32,000 nt of DNA, from the NCBI GenBank assembly GCA_934246625.1, contig CAKQHZ010000002.1, forward strand, positions 1-32,000, read 5' to 3'. This stretch comes from an uncultured Alphaproteobacteria bacterium. GTDB taxonomy: Bacteria > Pseudomonadota > Alphaproteobacteria > Rs-D84 > CACZYB01. The translations under genes and the position numbers were made by a program. Each line of letters opens with the position of its first letter. Position 1 is the first letter of the stretch. Positions 25,778 through 32,000 of the stretch are shown piece after piece. The notes beneath the pieces were generated by a model. It did not search any database. It saw only the letters and a list, made by a program, of their open reading frames with translations, and was not told where the DNA came from.

Positions 25778-26803
25778 TCATAAATCTCTACAACCACAAA
25801 GTAGTTTAGTAAATGTAAAAGAAGACCCAACATTATTCAAAATATCTTCTCTTAGTTTTTTATTATCCTTATAAGGAAGAATTTTTATAGAATCCTTATG
25901 TTCTTCATTATATTTTGTAATAACATCATCAACGTGAATACCACGAAGCAAAGCATTCAAAGCAAGTATCAAAGTATCTGGTTCTATATCATCTTCTTTG
26001 AAATGTTGAAAAGTTCTTAATGCTTCAAATATGACATGAGTTTTTGCCCCAACATGATAAAAACAATCCAATGTTGCAATAACTTCACAAATCATATAAT
26101 CATTAACACTTTTATCTTCCAAAGAAGGAATAGGAATATAAATATAGAATTTAAAATCCATATAATTACTATCCTTTACACTAAACTTTGATAAAAATTT
26201 ATATTTTTCAATCAATTCAGGTGTTGTATCCAAATGAAAAGCATTTTTAATATGCACATTTGTTTCAGGAAGTTTAGTTATCAACCCTTTTTGCTTAATA
26301 TTATTAAACTTTTTAACAATTAAATCGGTTTGATGAGTTTCTTCCAAAACCAACTTACCATCTGCATTTGTAATTGGTTGATCATTTTCATCTTTTTTTT
26401 CATAATTATAAGAAATAGTTTTATCATTAAAAGAAGGCTTAGTAAAATCATATTCTTCCTCAAAACTATTTCTATCAATCGGATTAGTAGAAATAAATTG
26501 CAAAAATTCCAATAATTCTTCTACTGTTTTCAATGAAACAGTTGCTCTTACAATATCAAGAATATCAGAAGCATTTTCAATATCATCTTCTTTAAGTTTT
26601 TCCTTCACACGATTAGGAGTCTTTAATGGAACCATAGTTGTGTGCAACTTTGTATTATGAGTTTTTTCAAACTTTTCCTTTAAAATAAGCAATACATAAT
26701 CAAAAATAACCTTAGAATAAACACCATTTTCGAATAAATCTTCGACACTGATATTCTCAGGTTGTATTGGTTTTCCACGTTTTCCAAATTTTATATTTGC
26801 CAT
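25778..26803 (-). CDS. hypothetical protein (341 aa), possibly a RelA/SpoT-like nucleotidyltransferase fold with a large insertion
   Basis: GAGGGTG Shine-Dalgarno upstream. By-eye motif order: LKTPNRVKEKLK, DILDIVRATV, (about 110-aa insertion), YMDFKFYIY, ICEVIATLD...THVIFEALR. Ends in CGCRDL. The fold assignment is weak. Confidence 0.6.
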   Translation of the reverse strand: MANIKFGKRGKPIQPENISVEDLFENGVYSKVIFDYVLLILKEKFEKTHNTKLHTTMVPLKTPNRVKEKLKEDDIENASDILDIVRATVSLKTVEELLEFLQFISTNPIDRNSFEEEYDFTKPSFNDKTISYNYEKKDENDQPITNADGKLVLEETHQTDLIVKKFNNIKQKGLITKLPETNVHIKNAFHLDTTPELIEKYKFLSKFSVKDSNYMDFKFYIYIPIPSLEDKSVNDYMICEVIATLDCFYHVGAKTHVIFEALRTFQHFKEDDIEPDTLILALNALLRGIHVDDVITKYNEEHKDSIKILPYKDNKKLREDILNNVGSSFTFTKLLCGCRDL

Positions 26804-26839
26804 AATAGTTATTACACCCTCATTGAAATATTAAATATT

Positions 26840-26881
26840 TATATAACACCTTTTATTTTATTTGTCAATAGTTTTTGTCAA
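26840..26881 (-). promoter_or_regulatory. promoter of the orphan operon with a duplicated TTGACA
   Basis: Minus strand: TTGACA (26868-26863), 17-nt spacer, TGtTATATA (extended -10, 26848-26840). A second TATTGACAAA copy lies 13 nt upstream (26881-26876). Confidence 0.6.
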
Positions 26882-26891
26882 TATTTTTTTA

Positions 26892-28979
26892 TTATCCAGC
26901 CAAAATATTGCAAACCTGCTCCTTATATCCAAAAAGAAGTAATAAATTTCGCAAATTTTTTCCTCTTTCAGATAATAAATTTTTATCCTTTGCCATAATG
27001 TTTCGCACATCTTGCATAGATGCAAAAAACAAATCTGTATCTTCACTTAAATCAGCAAGCCTAAAATCAATTTGCCCGCTTTGCCTTACACCCAACACAT
27101 CACCAGCACCGCGAAGTTTTAAATCTTCCTCGGCAATAGTAAATCCATTAGTTGTCTTTTTTAACACAGAAAGCCTTGCCCTTGCAAGTTTAGTCAATTT
27201 ATCACTATGAAGCAAAAGACAAGTAGATTTATCGCAACCACGACCAATTCGTCCACGAAGTTGATGAAGAGAAGAAAGCCCAAAACGTTCAGAATGTTCT
27301 ATAATCATAAGGGTTGCTTCTGGCACATTAACCCCAACTTCAATAACTGTTGTTGCAAGAAGTATTTTGATTTTTCCGTTTGGATTAACAAAATCTCGCA
27401 TAACAGAATCTTTTTCTTCCTGTTTCATTTTTCCATGAATAAGGCCAACTTTTTCACCAAAATATTTTTTTAATTTCTCAAATCGGTCAACAACAGCACT
27501 TAAATCCAATTTTTCACTTTCCTCCACCAAAGGACATACCCAATATAACTTTTGTATCTGTCCTGCGGAAAGTCGCATATCAATCAAAGAAATAATTTTA
27601 TCAATTTTTGACATACTCCATAAATTAGTTTCAACTACTTTTCTGTTTGGTGGCATTTCATCAATTATCGATAAATCCATATCCCCAAACGAAGTCATTG
27701 CCAAAGTCCTTGGTATAGGAGTTGCTGTCATAGCAAGGATATTTGACATATTTTCACTTCCTTTATTTGAAAGTTCCAAACGTTGATGCACTCCAAACTT
27801 ATGTTGTTCATCAATCACGGCAAGCATCATATTTTTAAACTCAACATCTTTTTGAAAAAGTGCATGCGTTCCAATAACAATATCAACCTCACCATTTTTA
27901 ATTGCATCAAGTTTTGCCTTTTTAACTTTACCCTTATCACTTCCAGTCAAAAGCACAACCTTTATATTAAAAAGCCCTGATTTTTCAAGTATATCTGTTA
28001 AGGTTTTAAAATGTTGTTCCGCCAAAATTTCTGTTGGCACCATAAATGCACCTTGACCTCCAAATTCAACAACTTCCAACAAAGCAAGTATTGCGACAAT
28101 AGTTTTGCCACTTCCAACATCTCCTTGTAAAAGTCGAAGCATTTTATAATCACTTGCTAAATCTGTAAAAATTTCATCAACGACTCGTTTTTGAGCATTT
28201 GTTAATTCATACCCCAAATTTTTAAGGACACAATTTTTATAAACACCTTTACTTTTAACACAAATACCTTTTTGAGCCTTAAACTTATTTCTTATCACCG
28301 AAAGAGAAAGTTGATTTGCCAACACCTCATCATAGGCAAGCCTTTGCCTTGCAATCTGCCTTAACTTTTCATTTGAAAAATCTGTATGAAGAACCTTTAT
28401 TGCATTTTTAAATGAAATTTCCGCACCATCTTGCCACTCATCAACATCTGGCAAATCCTTTAACACTTGACGAACAAGGTTCACAATCATTTTATTACTA
28501 ATCGCATAAGTCAATGGATACACAGGCTCCATCACACAAACTTCATCGAAATTTTCCACTGGAAATATTTCGGGGTGGGACATACACAATCCACCTGCAA
28601 ATTCTTCTATTTTTCCACTTATACAAATTTTTTTACCAACTTCCAATGCCTTTTTCTGACTATCATAAATTTGAAAAAAATTAAGAGTTATAAAACCTGT
28701 TTCATTTGAACAAAGGACCTTATACGGAACTTTTTTACCTCTTATAAATGGCGAAGGAATATGCTTTACAACATCAACTTTTAATGTGGCGACTTTTCCA
28801 ACTTCACAATTTGAAAGTGATGGAGAATACGTTCTATCAATAAATCCAGTTGGAAAATGAAATAACAAATCAAACACCCTCGCCTTACCAAGAAGACGGA
28901 CCAATCCCTTATTAAAATTGGGACCCACACCTTTGAAATTTTCAAGAGGTTTAAAAAAATATAAAAAATCGTTATTCAT
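26892..28979 (-). CDS. recG: ATP-dependent DNA helicase RecG
   Basis: Start taken at MNNDFLYFF (GAGGA Shine-Dalgarno upstream). Wedge/OB N-terminus, helicase motifs GDVGSGKT, DEQHKFG, TATPIPRTL and QLRGRIGRG. Confidence 0.92.
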   Translation of the reverse strand: MNNDFLYFFKPLENFKGVGPNFNKGLVRLLGKARVFDLLFHFPTGFIDRTYSPSLSNCEVGKVATLKVDVVKHIPSPFIRGKKVPYKVLCSNETGFITLNFFQIYDSQKKALEVGKKICISGKIEEFAGGLCMSHPEIFPVENFDEVCVMEPVYPLTYAISNKMIVNLVRQVLKDLPDVDEWQDGAEISFKNAIKVLHTDFSNEKLRQIARQRLAYDEVLANQLSLSVIRNKFKAQKGICVKSKGVYKNCVLKNLGYELTNAQKRVVDEIFTDLASDYKMLRLLQGDVGSGKTIVAILALLEVVEFGGQGAFMVPTEILAEQHFKTLTDILEKSGLFNIKVVLLTGSDKGKVKKAKLDAIKNGEVDIVIGTHALFQKDVEFKNMMLAVIDEQHKFGVHQRLELSNKGSENMSNILAMTATPIPRTLAMTSFGDMDLSIIDEMPPNRKVVETNLWSMSKIDKIISLIDMRLSAGQIQKLYWVCPLVEESEKLDLSAVVDRFEKLKKYFGEKVGLIHGKMKQEEKDSVMRDFVNPNGKIKILLATTVIEVGVNVPEATLMIIEHSERFGLSSLHQLRGRIGRGCDKSTCLLLHSDKLTKLARARLSVLKKTTNGFTIAEEDLKLRGAGDVLGVRQSGQIDFRLADLSEDTDLFFASMQDVRNIMAKDKNLLSERGKNLRNLLLLFGYKEQVCNILAG

Positions 28980-28996
28980 AATTTTCCTCAATAAAA

Positions 28997-29025
28997 ATAA
29001 TAACATAAAATAAAGGCAAGGTCAA
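28997..29025 (-). promoter_or_regulatory. putative recG promoter
   Basis: Minus strand: TTGACC (29025-29020), 17-nt spacer, TATTAT (29002-28997). Confidence 0.5.
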
Positions 29026-29086
29026 CAAAACCACTAGCATAAAAATTTTTATTTTACTTTTAAAGAATCTATGTTATATTGAATAT

Positions 29087-29202
29087 CAGATATAGCACAT
29101 AGCTATGTTTAGTATCAGTGTATAGCGATACGGAGCTGTCAGAAGCTTTAATTAGACAGGGTATGAAATAACCATCAGATACTCTTGCAGTATCTTTTTT
29201 TT
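29087..29202 (+). ncRNA. candidate ~115-nt sRNA in the merR-recG spacer
   Basis: Extended -10 TGtTATATT at 29072-29080. Intrinsic terminator AGATACT (29177-29183) / AGTATCT (29189-29195) followed by a T-run through 29202 (the stem's last t plus 7 more gives T8). Internal hairpins such as CTGTC/GACAG at 29136-29140/29155-29159. No ORF longer than 10 codons. Confidence 0.4.
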
Positions 29203-29463
29203 ATACCCAAAGCCCCAGCCTTTGTTGGTTGGGGAGCTGTAGTCATACAACAGGAATATTGTCCCTATATAATATTCTAAAAGCTACAAAGTCATTGTCT
29301 AATATGATTTCTGAACTGCCCGACCACTATCTTTGATACGTGGAATTATTTTTATAAAGGGGGTAGTAAAAAATGTAATGTCTGTGGAATAATAAACTTA
29401 TTACAAAAATGAAAGTATAGACACTATGATAGATAGAAAAATAAATAAACAAACTAACAAAAC

Positions 29464-29490
29464 TCCCCAGTAAAAAGCTGGGGATTTTTT
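29464..29490. terminator. bidirectional terminator at the 3' end of merR
   Basis: Stem TCCCCAG / CTGGGGA (29464-29470 with 29478-29484) and a 7-nt loop. T6 follows on the plus strand and AGTTTTGTT follows on the minus strand. Confidence 0.7.
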
Positions 29491-29911
29491 ATTCATCAAG
29501 TATATCTTCTATATCTGAAAGTTTTTGAATAATTCGTTTTATATCCACCTTTGGACTTTCTTCAATCGGTGGTGTAAAATTAAATTTTGTAAGGATTTTA
29601 TTTTCTTGAACTGGCTTCAATGAACCTTGCTCTTCGTCCATTTTGAAATCAGAATAAACTTTTGTTTTTGATGCAGTTTTTGAATCGTGTAAAAACTTTT
29701 TTGCACCCTTTATTGTAAACCCCTGTTTATAAAGCAAATCTTTGACTTTTAAAATAACATCAATATCAGATTGACGATAATATCTTCGTCCTGCACGTCT
29801 ATCAGGGGAAATTTCCGCAAACTCTGTTTCCCAAAAACGGATAACATATTTAGGGAGGTCTGTAGCTTCCGCTACCTCAGCAATACTATAAAAAATTTTT
29901 TCTGTATCCAT
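29489..29911 (-). CDS. MerR-family transcriptional regulator
   Basis: 140 aa. N-terminal winged HTH YSIAEVAEATDLPKYVIRFWETEF...RRYY. Sits downstream of ihfA, as in alphaproteobacteria. Confidence 0.85.
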   Translation of the reverse strand: MDTEKIFYSIAEVAEATDLPKYVIRFWETEFAEISPDRRAGRRYYRQSDIDVILKVKDLLYKQGFTIKGAKKFLHDSKTASKTKVYSDFKMDEEQGSLKPVQENKILTKFNFTPPIEESPKVDIKRIIQKLSDIEDILDE

Positions 29912-29930
29912 AACTCCCTCCCCTTAAAAA

Positions 29931-30221
29931 TTATACTTTAAGAGTATTTTTCAAATTTTTTGCTGGTCTAAAAGAAATAACATTTCTTGATTCGATTTTT
30001 GCAGTTTCACCAGTCTTTGGATTTCTTCCAACACGTTCAGCTTTGTGCTTTACAACAAAAGTGCCAAGTCCCATAATCTTAACTTCCTTTTCCAAAGCAA
30101 TTCCATTTGAAAGAATATTAAAGAAAAGATCCACAATTTCAGAAGAATCAACCAAACTTAAACCAGTCCCCTTGCTTACTTCCATTGCCAAATCAATTTT
30201 TTTTATGTTCTTCTTTTCCAT
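29931..30221 (-). CDS. ihfA: integration host factor subunit alpha (HU/IHF family)
   Basis: 96 aa. The GRNPKTGE..I..R.V..F arm motif. The alpha subunit is assigned from the fabH-ihfA-merR synteny. Confidence 0.8.
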   Translation of the reverse strand: MEKKNIKKIDLAMEVSKGTGLSLVDSSEIVDLFFNILSNGIALEKEVKIMGLGTFVVKHKAERVGRNPKTGETAKIESRNVISFRPAKNLKNTLKV

Positions 30222-30235
30222 TTAAAACCTCTCTA

Positions 30236-31198
30236 TTAAAATTTAAGGAATACTGAACCCCAGGTAAAACCTGCACCCATAGCAGTCAATAAAACCTTAT
30301 CACCCTTTTTAACTTGACCATTATTGTGTGCAATATCCAAAGCAAGTGGGATACAAGCAGAAGATATATTTCCGTGTGTTTGTATAGATTTTACAACCTT
30401 TTCTTCTGGAATATCCAAATTTTTAAGTGCAGCATCAATAATTCTGATATTTGCTTGATGAGGAATAAAACAATCAACATCAGCCATTGTATATCCAGCC
30501 TTTGCAACAACTTCCTTTGAAATTTCAGGCATTCTTGAAACAGCAAGTTTGAAAACTTCCTTACCTTCCATCAAAATATAGCCTGATGTTTTTGTAGAAG
30601 ATGGACCACCAGTTGCCTTTAAAATATCAACATAATCACCATCAGATTTTATTGAATATGAAAGAATACCTGTTTTTTCTTCTGTTGCACGAAGCACCGC
30701 AGCTCCTGCACCATCACCAAACAAAACACAAGTTGTTCTGTCATTCCAATCCATAATTCTTGACAAAGTTTCAGCACCAACAATCACAGCATTTTTATAA
30801 ACACCAGATTTCAACATACCATCAGCCATAGTAAGACCGAATACGAAGCCAGAGCAAGCAGCCTGTATATCCATAGCCACAGCCTTTTTCATACCCAACT
30901 TTTTTTGCACGATACAAGCGGTTGATGGGAAAACCAAATCGGGAGTAATTGTTGCAACGATAAGCAAATCAACCTCTTCTGGTTTCAAAGAAGCATTTTT
31001 CAAGGCATTTTCAACAGCCTTTACTGCCAAATCAGAAGTGCATTCTGAATCATCTGCAATATGACGTTCCTTAATCCCAGTTCTTGTGAAAATCCATTCA
31101 TCAGAAGTATCAACCATTTTTGCTAAATCATCATTAGTCAATACCTTTTTTGGAAGATATGAACCAGTCCCAATAATTTCTGAAAAAATTTCTGCCAT
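30236..31198 (-). CDS. fabH: 3-oxoacyl-ACP synthase III
   Basis: 320 aa. Active-site context AACSGF, HQANIRI, GNISSACIP and the C-terminal GAGFTWG. Confidence 0.93.
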   Translation of the reverse strand: MAEIFSEIIGTGSYLPKKVLTNDDLAKMVDTSDEWIFTRTGIKERHIADDSECTSDLAVKAVENALKNASLKPEEVDLLIVATITPDLVFPSTACIVQKKLGMKKAVAMDIQAACSGFVFGLTMADGMLKSGVYKNAVIVGAETLSRIMDWNDRTTCVLFGDGAGAAVLRATEEKTGILSYSIKSDGDYVDILKATGGPSSTKTSGYILMEGKEVFKLAVSRMPEISKEVVAKAGYTMADVDCFIPHQANIRIIDAALKNLDIPEEKVVKSIQTHGNISSACIPLALDIAHNNGQVKKGDKVLLTAMGAGFTWGSVFLKF

Positions 31199-32000
31199 TA
31201 TTCTTTTACCTTTTCAATTTCATTTTGAACTTTTGTTTCAAAATCATTTACAACTAAGCGAACAGCATATTTCACAGCATTTGAAAAACCAAACGCATCT
31301 GTTCCACCATGACTTTTTACAACGATACCATTTAAACCTAAGAACACAGCACCATTGTATTTTCGTGGGTCCATAGAAGATTTAAACTTATTAAGTGAAT
31401 TTTTTGCAAACAAAGCACCTATTATTGAAAAAATAGATTGCTTAAAATACTTTTTCAACCCCTTAATAATAAATTTAGAAGTTCCCTCTAAGGTTTTAAG
31501 TGCAACATTTCCAGTAAAGCCATCAGTAGTAATAACATCAACTTTTCCCTTGAAAATATCATCACCTTCAACAAAACCATAGTAATCAAAAGATAGTTTA
31601 TCTTTATTTGCCTGCATTTTTTCGGCTGCCAAAGAAAGATATTCAAATCCCTTTCCTGACTCTGAACCGATATTAAGGATACCAACCTTTGGGTGAGATT
31701 TACCAAGAATAATTTTAGAATACAAACTTCCCATAATAGCAAATTGGAAAATATTGTTTTCATCACATTCTGTATTTGCACCCAAATCAAGCATAGTTGT
31801 ATAAGATGTTTCTGTTGGAAGCAAAGTAGTAATTGCTGGTCTTCTTATTCCATCAATCATAGAAATAAGAATTCGAGAAATTCCCATAAGACAGCCAGTA
31901 TTACCACCACTTACAACGGCATCAGCAGTCTTATTTCTTACGGCCTCTATTGCCTTCCACATAGAAGTATTTCTTCCTGAACGAATAATACGAGAAGGTT
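31198..32000 (-). CDS. plsX: phosphate acyltransferase PlsX (5' end outside the window)
   Basis: The frame stays open upstream of the first Met up to the window edge (..PSRIIRSGRNTSMWKAIE..). The SGGNTG block is present. TAATG 1-nt overlap with fabH. Confidence 0.9.
   Translation of the reverse strand, partial: PSRIIRSGRNTSMWKAIEAVRNKTADAVVSGGNTGCLMGISRILISMIDGIRRPAITTLLPTETSYTTMLDLGANTECDENNIFQFAIMGSLYSKIILGKSHPKVGILNIGSESGKGFEYLSLAAEKMQANKDKLSFDYYGFVEGDDIFKGKVDVITTDGFTGNVALKTLEGTSKFIIKGLKKYFKQSIFSIIGALFAKNSLNKFKSSMDPRKYNGAVFLGLNGIVVKSHGGTDAFGFSNAVKYAVRLVVNDFETKVQNEIEKVKE

Noticed and set aside
24818-26891. Genomic island with att direct repeats derived from the tRNA-Pro 3' end
   Set aside because: I found no copy of the tRNA 3' segment near 26810-26891 and no integrase or recombinase gene. 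The island interpretation rests on position and orphan content only.
29316-29326. tRNA-like 3' end CTGCCCGACCA
   Set aside because: No T-arm or matching 5' acceptor strand can be formed nearby. It appears to be a chance resemblance to the tRNA-Pro 3' end.
1-32000. CRISPR arrays, rRNA genes, IS elements or prophage blocks
   Set aside because: No spaced identical repeats, no rRNA-like sequence and no transposase, integrase or capsid-like ORFs were seen on either strand. The only phage-associated family is the single DUF5131 gene.

Overview
AT-rich (about 30% GC by eye) chromosomal segment from a Gram-negative bacterium. The gene orders plsX-fabH-ihfA-merR and lpxA-lpxI suggest an alphaproteobacterium; this is an inference, not a search result. 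Most of the window is tightly packed housekeeping: galE, family-4 uracil-DNA glycosylase, a KamA-family radical SAM protein, rarA, lpxA-lpxI-GNAT, rpmE, gmk, a four-gene EamA + RND efflux operon, scoAB, a MarC-family protein, comEC, recG, merR, ihfA, fabH, plsX (runs off the right edge), tRNA-Ser(UGA) and tRNA-Pro(UGG). I saw no rRNA, CRISPR array, transposase or integrase. Five things are not ordinary. (1) An orphan, translationally coupled two-gene operon (341 aa + 263 aa) with its own strong promoter and terminator sits between recG and the 3' side of tRNA-Pro. The larger protein weakly resembles a RelA/SpoT-type nucleotidyltransferase by eye. (2) Three paralogous secreted cysteine-rich proteins carry CxxCPxG[ST]Y repeats of a type mostly seen in eukaryotic surface proteins. 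(3) A 135-bp, one-mismatch direct repeat starts within a few nt of the stop codons of two of those paralogs. It contains a terminator, a near-consensus promoter and a terminator-ended ~70-nt transcript, so it is a duplicated sRNA candidate. (4) A ~205-nt GC-enriched region with nested helices lies between a good promoter and the second paralog, and is a riboswitch or ncRNA candidate. (5) A ~480-bp ORF-free region between merR and recG holds a promoter/terminator-bounded ~115-nt RNA candidate, an imperfect tandem repeat and several hairpins. All homology calls are by-eye motif recognition, because no searches could be run.
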